From Macrostomum hystrix (Eukaryota; Animalia; Platyhelminthes), in contig CATNEN010000015.1 of the NCBI GenBank assembly GCA_950097015.1, forward strand, positions 744,001-808,000: 64,000 nt of DNA, read 5' to 3'. Positions 34,801 through 46,800 of this stretch are shown here, one piece after another (within the stretch, counting starts at the first letter, position 1; each line of letters opens with the position of its first letter). The notes under the pieces were generated by a model. That model worked only from the letters and a program-made list of their open reading frames with translations, ran no database searches and had not been told where the DNA came from. Made by a program: the position numbers and the translations under genes.

Positions 34801-37800
34801 AGGAACCAATCAGCTCATAATTGTTCCGAAAGGCTTCAGCATGGAACGATTTCATTTCATCTTGGAAAATGTGCACTTCAAAATGGACGATGACCGCTTT
34901 CAGGCGCAGGACTTGCCCGTGTTTGACATGCAGAGCGGAAACGACCAGCCCACCGAAGGACTGGAGCTAAGCGCCGGAGCTCAACTGGGTTTTGCTGGCA
35001 CAGCCGGTAAATGTGAAAATCACATTCATCTCTCCGCAAGGGCCGGTCCAAACAGCTACCTGGACGCCAGCAAGTACTTGGAGCCGCGAGTGATGAAGAT
35101 GCCGAAGTGGGAGCAGATTTGTGACGACTACAAGGTTGTCCTACTCAATAAAGTGATTGCTGAAAAACCAACCGTTGGGGCTGATGGAAGAAAGGATGAG
35201 GACACGAGTCCAGAAAGAGAGGCCACTGAGGAATCAGTGGAGCCGTTGGAGACAGATGAGAAAAACCTTTTCACGGAGATCTACGCAGAATCAGGCCGTC
35301 TGCCGCGCAATTTTCTTCTGGGAAACGTAAGCCAAGTGTTTACTGACATCCTCGACTTCCCGAAGAAGCTTGGCGTGGATAAAATTTTCGAGCGCTTCAG
35401 CCTGCGCCGCCTGCGCCTCGCCTATGTGGTGGCGTTCCTGGAGACTGAGATGATCCGCGAGAGCTTTGTGAAGACACGCGAGAAAATGGACCAGCTGCTA
35501 CTCACGGTGAAGGACGTCTTGGAGGACCAGCCGTGCCAGAGTCCCTACCTCATGTCCGACGAGGAGCTGCGCAATGAGCTCATTAAGAAGGGCTTTGCAA
35601 AGTCTGAGGTGGAGGCCATGCCGAAAGCCAGTCTCATTGACCGGATGAAACAGAGTGACTCTCGTGAGCATCTTACAGACTTTGTTTGCTTGAATCGGGG
35701 CAGCATCTAGGAGGAGCAGGAGTGGTTGGGCATAATTAACAATAGGCCTCGAGAACAGTCTAAATAGTCGCATCTGTACGATGTCTACCTGGGAACTACC
35801 GGCAATATTTACTTCCAGGCTGTCCGCTTCTGCAGTTGTCATTACCGAGACCAATCTACTGCCAGTTCGACAAGAGCTGCCTTTCTGTGGAATGCTGCGT
35901 CGACCTCAAGGTGAAGGTGTTCCGCAAAGCTGCCAAACTGTGGGCCCGCCTGGATCCGTGCGGCAGCAGCAAGAAGCTGGAGTTCGGACTCAAGATGAAG
36001 CACGTCAAGGCAATTGTGTACACTATCGATTTCGATAAGTTTTTACCTGAAGGTGATGGCGCTTATGATCGTTACTTATATTTTTACATTTACATTTATA
36101 TGTTTTATATGTTTTTGCAATCAGCTTGGTTATTCAAGCTTGTGGCTCTGGGCTCTATGATACTCACATAAACTCAACCTTTCAGACTTTGAGGAGAAGG
36201 AGATCTGGTTGCCCGATGCTCTGCAGTTTCTAAAGCTGTTGAATATGAAACTAAAGCTGAATTACCAGTTCGTAAAGTCTCAGGAGGCCCTGATGTTTAG
36301 CCTTCGTCTGTCTGTGTGCTCATCCAGCAGCAAGTGTGAGTTCGATGTCCAGGTACTACAGGAGCTCGTGTTGCCGCTTCCCATCTGCAAAGACGGAATC
36401 ATCACCTGGCCCAAGCTGAACTGGCAGCAAGTGTTGAACAAGAACCACCTAAAGTCGGTGCTGCAAAAGACATCAACCTCGGTCATCAACGCCCTGATGC
36501 AAAAGTGGTGGGAGGATCTCCTGCAGCTGATGGGTCTTGGAGACTTTGCTGATGTCTTCAATGCCAAGACCTGCTCATTGCCAAACAAGGTTTCGAACGA
36601 GGTACTGCTAGACGGCCTGCGGGAGCGTGGAGTTCAGGTAGTGGACTCCGGCAACAAGACGCTGCTAGTTCAGTTGGCCGAGCTGCATTTTCGCCGATGT
36701 CGCAACGGGCCAGTGAAACTTGAGCTGCCGCAGCTGCCGCCGGCGCTAAGGAGTCGCGTCTTCTGCCAGGCGTCGCCGAACTGCACCAAGTTCGAGTGCT
36801 GCATGGGACTCGAGGCTTCGATCCGGGGATTCGAAATTGCCAAGTACTTGCAAGGTGCCATTCTATGGAATTTGTCGAAACTTAAATACGAGCTAGAAAA
36901 ATTATTCTTAGTTAAGACAAGAGTGTTGTCGGTAAAAACTAATATGTATTATTGAAATGCAGTTTGCAGTTTGATGCAGACAGTTGTACAGAAGGCGCGA
37001 TAAATCACTAAATATCAATGCATCACTATATCAACATATCATACTTCGTATTTAACTGTTGACTTACTTACTATAAAGCGAAACTGTTCGATAACATTTC
37101 AGGCTGGGCAAAAATGGACCCCTGTACTCTGACCTTCAGCTTCGGCTTCAACTCGCTGACTTTCAACAAGGTTCTGTTCGCCATTCCTTATGGTAGAGAA
37201 TTCGTGCAGAATGTTGGGGCTTTGAAGCTCAAGTAAGTTACTCCATTCCGTTCCACTATCATTGACGTTGGCGAAAATGATAGAGCATGATTGAAACAAT
37301 AAGATTTCAAAATTAAAACAAAAACATCAGGTATCGATTCGACCAGAACCCGGTCAACACGGAGACGCCGCTGTTCAGCCTCCAGCTGGCCATCTGCCCG
37401 GGCTCCTCGTCCTGCCTCCTGGACTACATCAGCGTGCTCAACCGGCTGCCGGTGCCCGTGCCCTTCTGTGGTAACGACTGGCAACGAGTCTTGCCTGGCA
37501 ACACCGACAAGCTGGAGGACTTCCTCAAGGAAGTCGGCGCGTCCGCCAGCCAGGCCGCGCTGGACAAGGCCGCGGAGATCCTGCTCGCAAGGACAGGTCT
37601 CACCAACGTCCTTTCTAAGGGCAGCTGCGCACGGATGAGCAACTTCACGGCCTGCCCGCACGTGCGGCTGCCGCAGCTGCCGTCCAACCTGCAGTGCCGA
37701 GTGATGGACAACTGCCTCGGCGTCGAGTGCTGCCTGGACTTTGCACTCAAGACCAGCAAAGTGGACCTCAGCTTCCTTAACTACCACGCCAAGGCCTGGA

Positions 37801-40800
37801 TTCTGCTGGACACCTGCGACTACATCAGCTCCATCGGCATCGGGAGGCTGCACTTCAACACCTCCCTGCTGGGAGCTCACTGGGGACAGAAGAAGTCGCA
37901 GTGGATCGGCAGTAAGGCAGTTCGGCTGGAGTGAGTCCCATTCTGCTTGCTGCTTTTAGGAGGAACTCTTTATTTACTCTCAAAGTTATGTTTTCTTGAC
38001 TTTAGCTACTCGGTGGACAGAGATGGCAAAGACTACTTGAGGCTGGACTTCGGCATGACAGTCTGCTTTACTGACAGCTGCGAGTTATCTGTTCAGCTGC
38101 TAAAGGACGCGCTGGTGCCCCAGCCCTTCTGCCACGGCAACTTCACCGGCGCTCTGCCCGGTGGCTCATTGGGCGACTTTGCTAAATTGCTCGGCGACAA
38201 GGCTTCTGAAGCGGCGTTGCAGACAGCCTGGGAGGCGGTGGTGCGCCGACTAGGCCTTCAGAAGGCATTCCTGAGCCCACCCCAATGCGTGTTGCCGTCA
38301 AACACTTTTAATAATGGCTGGGATAGCCGTGAGTTCAAGATTTTGGTTCTCTTGCATGCCAGCCTGAGTTCGCTGACGTAGCAAAACTATTTAGCAAGGC
38401 TCGAAGCTAACCTTGTATATGTCATTGGTCTCACAAAAAGAATCGAAAATGCGTTACTACAAGCGAAAATTTGTAACTGAACTGAATTAAATGCAAAAAG
38501 TTTTCGCCTTCAAGAAAAATTGCATTGGAAGTAGGTCTTATGCAAACCCTTGACAGATTTATCGCAAACCTTTCTGCAGGTTGCCCCAAGGTGTTCCATC
38601 TACCAAGACTGCCCAACCAGGTGCGCTGCCACCTGAATGAGTTCTGCATGGGAGTTACCTGCTGTACTGAGTTGGATTTCAAAGTGTTCAAACCCACTGC
38701 GCTGATGTCATTGGTCCTGGATCCCTGCGAGTACAAGTTCTCCATCGGCTTCAACAACATGTACTACAACCAGACTCTCTACTACTACCAGTGGGGCCAG
38801 GTCGAGACGTTCAACCTGGGGTCACCTCTGCAGATCATGTGAGCAGAACACCAGCGAGTATAATGTCTAACTGCAGCATTCTTCAATTGCTTGGCTTGAA
38901 ATAGATTTTCAATCGGAGCTAAAAAATGATGGTCTCGATTTCGCGCTTTCCAGCTACACGATCCGCAAGGACAGCGACCGGCGCCTGTTCATTGTGGACC
39001 TGAAGCTCAGCCTCACGGTGGACTCGGTTCGCACAGACTTCGTGCTGCTCGAACACTCCATGGTGCCGCAGGTGGGCTGCAACATGAACGCCTCGATCAG
39101 CTTGCCTGGTGGCGGCCAGGTCAAGGACTTCATCAGGCACCTGACTGAGACTGGCGTGCAGAAGATCACTGACGAGGCCGTCCAGGCCGTGCTCAGGCAC
39201 CTGGGCATCGGCGACCTTATCGACTTCGAGGGCCACTGCGACAACAGGACCGGCTTTTTCAACCGTAAGTCCTCATCCATATGAACTCTCAAGTAGATTT
39301 GAGTAGTTTTGTGATCTCTACATGTAAATGCACCTACAGAGAGAAGCTGAAGCTCCCCAGGTCCCCAGTCAAGCGCTGCCCGTCCGATGCCCTGAAGGAA
39401 TAGCAGAGAGGCAATTTTATGATACTCACAACTCAGAAATGTCAAAATCACGACACTCAGGCGAACTTTAGCAGGGTTTCAGCGTGGAGCAAGGGGTGTG
39501 GGCAGCCTTGATCGTGAACTCATATTTACAGCTCAAAAGGGCCGAAAGAAGGCGCACGGGTGCAGTTGAGATGTACATGCCGTGATGAGGGGGGTTTATC
39601 GATAAATTCGAATCCGGGTGGGGCTAGCCGACTGGGGCGAGGCAGAGAGCAAAAGAATGTCCGCAGAAAACGTCCATAAGAACACGGGTAAGGGCTGCAG
39701 CACAAAAAGAGATTACGAGTATGTCCACATGTTTGATGGTGTAGCCTAAGTACTTACACATATTGGCAAGTTGTTTAATTGCTTCGACTTCATTCAAAAT
39801 GTTCTGTTCCTGCCGAATCAAACACCGAATCGCTCTCCAGACTGTCCGCTGTTCAAGAGCTCGGCGAACGCCCCGGCGGGTTTCTTGCCGGGCACCTACT
39901 GTGACCTGTCAGCTGACTGTCGGATGCTGAGCTGCTGCGCCGAGCTCAACATCCTCATCGCCCGCAAGGCATTCGCGCTCGCCGTGTCCGTCGACCCCTG
40001 CGACTACAAGCTGCTGATTCGGTTCGAGAAGATGGCGCTGAGCAAGTCTCTTTTCCGCTACGACTGGGGTCGCAGGGAGTCGTTCGACCTCGGCAAGGTC
40101 ATCTTCGTGAGGTCTGACAGCACGCCATGTTGACCGATGCGAATTGCTTGTTTGATTTGAACTCAAATCTAAAAATCTTTGATTCCGCTTCCAGCTTCAA
40201 GATCGACAAAGACCCCATGAAGAAGCTGTTCTTCGTAGACCTGGATCTGCAGGTGAAGATCGAAGGAGACACCTTGACTCCGGTGGCCTTCCTCAACAAC
40301 TTCGCCATTCCGATTCCGATCTGCAACCCGAACGCGTCCATCAGTCTGCCTGGCGGCTCCATCGGCGACTTCGTGAAGGAGCTCGGCGGCAGCATCACCG
40401 AGAGCGCCATCGAGGCCGTCCTGCGGCACCTGCGGCTGGAGGGCGTCATCGCCACGCACTCGAACTGCCAGCCCGAGAGTCCCAAAGGTTCGCAGTTGTT
40501 TTCGCTGCTCATTGCCGCTCGGCTTTTTAGCAATGCGAAACGGTGATGGCAGTCTGATGAAGTGTCCCGAAATCTCACACATTCCAGTCTGCCCCGGCCT
40601 GTCGCTGCCTCAGCACATCCCGGACCCGCTGAAGTGCCACCTCAACCAGCACTGCATGGGCATCGAGTGCTGCATGAGCATGGATTTCAAGATCAAGCAG
40701 CTGTCAGTCAAGGCCTGGGCCTTCGTAGATCCGTGCGACTACAAGTTCTCAGTGGGACTGGAGAACTGGAAGTTTGAGAGGCCATTGTTCACGTTTGACT

Positions 40801-43800
40801 GGGGCCAGTGGAAGACCGAGAGGCTGGGAAACGCGCTCGTCATGCGGTAGGTCAAAGAGGGACATTTTCTGCAATAACTGTTAAGACTCTATCAATTACC
40901 TGACGGCGCATCGTTTTCTAATCGGCACAGGTACCGGATTTCCAAGGACAACAACAGGCGAGTGTTCACGTTTGACCTGACCATCTCGCTGAAGGTGGAG
41001 GACATCAGCCAGGAGTTTGTTGTGCTGCAGGGATACGAGATCCCTCAGCTAGTGTGCAATCGCGAGGCATCCATCGGAATTTCAGGTTTGATTCGAGTAC
41101 TTTTTTCAGGGATAATTAGAATTTAAGTAAACAGTAAAATTTCATTTGAACTCCACAGACCTCATTAACCTTGGAAGCGACATTGGTGAGAGTATCAAGG
41201 ACACGGCCATGGGGATCACACTGCAGCGCATCGGGCTGGACAAGAAGTTCTTCCGCCTGCAGAACTGCTCCGTAGACGGATCCACCTGGAGGAGCTCGTC
41301 GCGACAGCAGTCGAGTGAGTAGGCTAGATATTTAGTTTGCTCGCGATTCGAATATGCCTGCCCCCTTAAAGCAATGGGTCCTGGCCAAGAGTTTTGAAGG
41401 GCCTTTTCATGGGATCAGGCCTGCATGCAGTTCCAAATAACCAGATTATCATTTGTCTGAGCTCCAGAGGTGCGGTGTCTCGGAGATAGCATGTGGGATC
41501 TCCGGTCACAGGCGTCAGAAACGGTTGCATTTTGCACCTCACGAATGCCAAACCAAAAAATCCTCAGACTGTCCGCTGTTCAAACTCTCTGATCGGCTCC
41601 ATGGCGAAAAGCATCTGAAGTGCCGCATCAAGGACACCTGTCTGGAGGTGGATTGCTGCCTCAGCCTGCAGCTGGGCAACTTCCGCTACAGCTACAACGC
41701 CTGGGCCAAGTTCGACCCGTGTCAGCTGTCCGTGGGCGTGGGCATCGAGAACTGGAACTGGAGCCGGTCGCTGTTCGACAAGTGGGGCCTCATGCACACA
41801 GAGACGATCGGCAAGGCCATCGACTTCAGGTAAGGTTCGACTTCTCGGTGCCTCGGACTCTTTTGCATTAAGAAGTCCGTTGCATTTTCGAAAGTCAGAC
41901 GCAACCATTCGTTAAGCGCAGTCACAAGGTATGACACATCAACTTTCAGCTTCAAATTCGACCGCACCAATCGTAACGAGCTGGACGTGAGCTTCGGCGT
42001 GGGCACGCAGCTGGATGGCCTGTCCTTGATGCCCACCGCGTGGCTCATCGACGCCGCGCCTCTCCCGGTTCCCTATTGCCGCTCCGACAACACCCTGTCC
42101 TGGCCCAAGTGTGAGTCGCTCTGCCTTGAAGCTCTGTTCTCAGAAACTCACATCGTTACACCCTAACTTCTCTCATTTCCAACGCTTTCATCGCCTTTCA
42201 GTCGATCCTCAGGACATGGTAAAGTCAATTTACGACGCGGGCACAAAGATCATCCTGAACAGAGTTGGGGTCACGGCCGACATCCTGAGAGGCACCGCCT
42301 GCTCGCCCGTGGAAATGAACATCTGGCCGCCCAAGAACGGTGAGTTGTAGATCTTCATCCAAGGTCATACGTGTCAAGATTGTGCCGCCAATGAGCACAC
42401 AGTTTCAAAACCCCTGCCCGCACCTCTCCAGACTGCCCGCACACGATCACACTGCCGAGCCTGCCGCCCTCGATGAACTGCAGCCTCACCGCCGGCTGCA
42501 TGGGCATCGAGTGCTGCGCGCTGGCCGACTTCAAGCTGCTTCAGCGGGCCTTCCACCTCTGGCTGAAGATCGATCCGTGCAGCTACGACTTCAGTGTTGG
42601 CTTCGAGAAGGTGCACTTCAACACCTCGCTGCTTTCCTTCAAATGGGGTGTGAAGCACGTCGAGAGGATCGGCAGCGCTCTGCAGCTTGAGTGAGTAGCG
42701 CTGGGTGCGCCAAGTAGCCAATGATCAGGTGCAATTGCTTGATGCTCTGAAATTGCAGGTTCACGTTGAATAAGCTGAGCGACCTCAGCAACTTTGTACT
42801 CTCGATGAAAGTTTCCATTTGCTCCGGCTCTGACTGCGACATCAGCGTTCAGCTGTTTGAAAACTACCAGCTGCCAGTTCCATTCTGCAACACCAATGGC
42901 TCGCTGTCCTGGCCTCAAGGTGAGTTGAGGGCACAATGTGCCAATTTCGCAGTGGGGCTGTGGTCGCCGGCAGTCAACCCCCAGCATCCCCTGAATTGCA
43001 GTCGACTGGCAGGGCGGCCTGAGCGGTCTCCTGGCCACGCGCCTGTCGGTGCCGCCGAACTTCCTGCGCGCCTCCGAGTGCCCGGTGGCGGAGATGGTGC
43101 CGAGCAGCCGATGCCCGTACTTCCGCGCGCCGGAGCTGCCGGACGGGAGCATCGCCTGCAGCCAGACCGCCGAGTGCGCCGGCTTTCGCTGCTGCGCCAC
43201 CCTCGACCTCCGGATCGTGAAGCGAGCGTTTGAGTTCTGGTTCCGCGTAGATCCGTGCACCTTCACCATCGACTTCGGCTTCGAGAACTGGCACAGGAAC
43301 ACCACCTTCACGGTCTTCCCGTGGGGAACTGAGCAACTGGCGCAGCTTGAGAAGGCCATTCGGCTCAAGTAAGAGAAAGCACTACTAAACAGATGTGAAG
43401 TCAACTAAGCTTCTTAAACCTGAGCACTGTTCTCAAATACTCTGCCACTATCGCACAGGTACACCGTGTCCAAGACGCCAGATCTCATGAACTTCCTGAT
43501 CTCGGGCTCTGTTCAGTTCCGGCTTGACGACCATTGGCTGCCGGAGATGCGGCTGCTCAGTGCGGCGGAGGTGCCCATTCCAGGCTGTGCTGCCAACGGC
43601 ACTCTCTTCTGGCCTAGCAAAGGTGTGTACTTTGAATCCTGAAATCAAACATCATTGAACTGCCAGCGAATAAGTGCCATTCTTCAACCTACTCCCGTCT
43701 CAGATCTCGAAGGCAAGCAGATCAGCGGGCTGCTCGTGAACCGTCTCGGCGTCTCTCCGCAGTTCCTTCGCCAGTTCCAGTGCAACCGCAACTCCCTCGC

Positions 43801-46800
43801 GCCTATAGACAGCTGCCCATACTTTGACAAGCCGCAGCTGCCACCGCAGGCGAACTGCCAGCTGCACCACCTCTGCATGGGGCTCGTGTGCTGCCTAGAT
43901 CTGGACCTCGGATTCGTGAGCCGCTCCTTCTCGGCCTGGGCCTTCGTGGACCCTTGTCAGCACCAGGTGAGTTTCGGCTTCGAGAACTGGGCGCTCAACC
44001 GCTCAATCCTGAACTATCCCTGGGGTGAGAGCAGAGTTGAGCACATCGGCGACCACTTGCTGGTGAAGTACAAGCTGGACCACAAGCCTGATGACAGCGC
44101 GCTGTTCCTGGACGCTGCATTCGATCTGTGCCTCGACGGCAGTTGCCTGCCGAGCCCCATCGCCCTGCTGACCGATGCGAGGCTGCCCGTGCCACTCTGC
44201 TCCGGTGCGGGCAACCTCAGCTGGCCAGATTTCAACGCCAGCGACATTCGCGACCACATGATGGACAAGGCCAGAGAGATGCTCATGCAGAAGCTCGGTC
44301 TGGAGAAGGACTTCCTCAAGCGGGACGACTGCGCCCTCATGACAGGCGGCTCTGGACTGGCGAATCCTCGGTGCCCGCACTTCCGAATGACACACGACTT
44401 GCCCGACTCCGTCCAGTGCCAGCTGACTGACGACTGCTTGGAGCTGCGCTGCTGCGCAAAGCTCAAGCTGCTGACACTGGAGAAGAGCTTCAGCACCTCC
44501 CTGCGCCTGGACCCGTGCTCCATGGCGTTCAGCGTCCAGTTCGAAAACTGGGCAGTCACTCGGCCAGTCTTCTCAAACTTTGGACAGTGGCTGAAGATCC
44601 CGATTGGCAAGGCTCTGTCCATCGACCTGCAGTTCAACAGGCACCACGACAGCCAGTTGGAGCTCGCCTGGCACATTGCCAACTGCGCCGGACACGCCAC
44701 GTGCAGTGAAGAAGTTTTGCCTTTGCTGAGCGACGCCCGGCTCCCGATCCCCTTCTGCCTGTCGAACGGGAGCCTTCAATGGCCGAAGCTGAACCCAGAG
44801 GGCGCCATCGAAAACCCCGTTGACGCAGCCACTGGGGTGCTGCTGAACCGACTCGAGCTGGAGCGTCAGTTGCTCAAGCAGCCGCAGTGTCGCCCTGAGC
44901 TCTACGCCAAGAAGTGGCCGCCGCACTGCACCTTCGCCGACGTCACCCTGCGTCTGAACCGAGAGCCTTACAACTGCAAGATTCACGACCAGTGCCTGGG
45001 CATCGAGTGCTGCACGGAACTGGACTTTAAGGTGCACCGGAGGCATTTCTTCTACACCCAACTGGTGGATCCGTGCACATACTCCTTCTACCTGGGTTTC
45101 GAGAACTTTTTCTACAACCAATCGCTCTTCCACTTCGACTGGGGTCAGGAGAAGCTGCTGAGAATCGCTGGCTCAACCGTTGAGCTCAGGTGCGCGGTTA
45201 CCTGGTGATGAAATCTTTGTAGAACTTCGAGAAAGGACTTAAGGCAATGTATATGAATTAGAGCTTTATACTAAATTAATACGATTGGTTAACTGAGAAA
45301 TCTATGGAAGGCTTTTTTAACAATGCACGAAACTCTTTTATGTCTCGCTTTTCAGATACAATTTGACGCGGTCGGTGGATCTGCTGAACCTGATTGTGAC
45401 TGCCAAGCTGGCCATCTGCAAGGAGGGCTACTGCGAGTTGCCTAACACGAACTTCTTGAACCACTACCTGATGCCGATCCCTCGGTGCTACAGTAACGGC
45501 TCGTTGTCTTGGACTGTTGGTAAGAGAAAATTCATATATTATATTTTTTTACCTCGAAAATATAAACCAGCATGTTATTTGAATCATTCACAGAGCGCGA
45601 TCAAGTATCGCATAATATCAAAGGCGTTGCTGGCCTAGTGCTGACCCGGCTGAACCTGGAGCAAGGCATCCTCAGAGAGCAGGCTTGCAGCCTGAGTGAC
45701 GATGAGATTCAGCAGAGCCTGACAGCGTGTCCGCACACGATCATCCCCAGCCTGCCTGAGGGAATGCGCTGCCGGCTGACCGCTCAGTGCACCGGCATCC
45801 AATGCTGCATGGACATCAACCTGGGTGTGGCCAGGCGCGACTTCCTCTTCTGGGTCTCCGTTGACCCCTGCAAGTTTGTCTACACCTTTGGATTCGAGCG
45901 CTGGACCGTCACCCAGAGCCTCATCGGAAACGGCGGGTTGTTCGGCAGACCGGCGGAGCACCAGCTCGGACACGTGAAGATTCGCAGCATACTCGACCGC
46001 AGCGCCGACTTCAACAACTTCATCTTCACATTCGGCGTGACCATCTGTCAGGACGGCGGCTGCAGCAGCGAGCGCGTCTTCCTGGAGAACACCGCGCTGC
46101 CCATTCCGGGCTGCAGCTCCGGAGGCGGCCTCAGCTGGCCGAGCATCGGAGAGCGCAGCGTGAGCGGCCTGCTGGTGAATCGGCTGGGCATCGCGGCCAG
46201 ATACCTGAAACCGAACCAGTGCACTCTGGCGCCAGAGCAGCCAGACAAGTGTCCCCACATGCCCCCCATCCAGAGCAGCTCAGGGGGCCTGGAAAGCCTT
46301 CGCTGCGTGCACTCCGATGGCTGCATGGGTGTTCACTGCTGCGCCAGTCTGGACCTCGGCATCGTGAGCCGCTCCTTCATGGTTCGGGCCTTCGTTGACC
46401 CCTGCGTGATGGTGCTGTCCATCTCCTTCGATAACTGGCTGCTGAACCGGACACTGCTGAGCTTTGTCTGGGGCGTTGAGCAGAGGGAGCAGATCGCCAA
46501 GGCTGTGCGTCTGATCTACACTCTGGACAAGTCAGCCGACGACAAGAACTTTGTTCTGTCTGCGAGAATCGAGCTGTGCTTGGGCGACTCTGGGCAGTCC
46601 TGTACTGTGGTCAGCCTTCTCAACAACCAGTTTCTGCAGGTGCCTCTGTGCCACGCTAACGGAACCATCGACTGTAAGCAGCAGAGACTTTTCTGGTTAC
46701 ATAACTGCATTCAGGATATTACATAATGCACTTGGTTTTTTTCCAGGGGACTTCGACAAGGTCGACGGCAGCAAGATCTGGGACAACGCTGCTGAAATAG

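Noticed and set aside
39605-39630. tRNA-like B box TTCGAATCC
   Set aside because: No matching A box or acceptor stem was found upstream.
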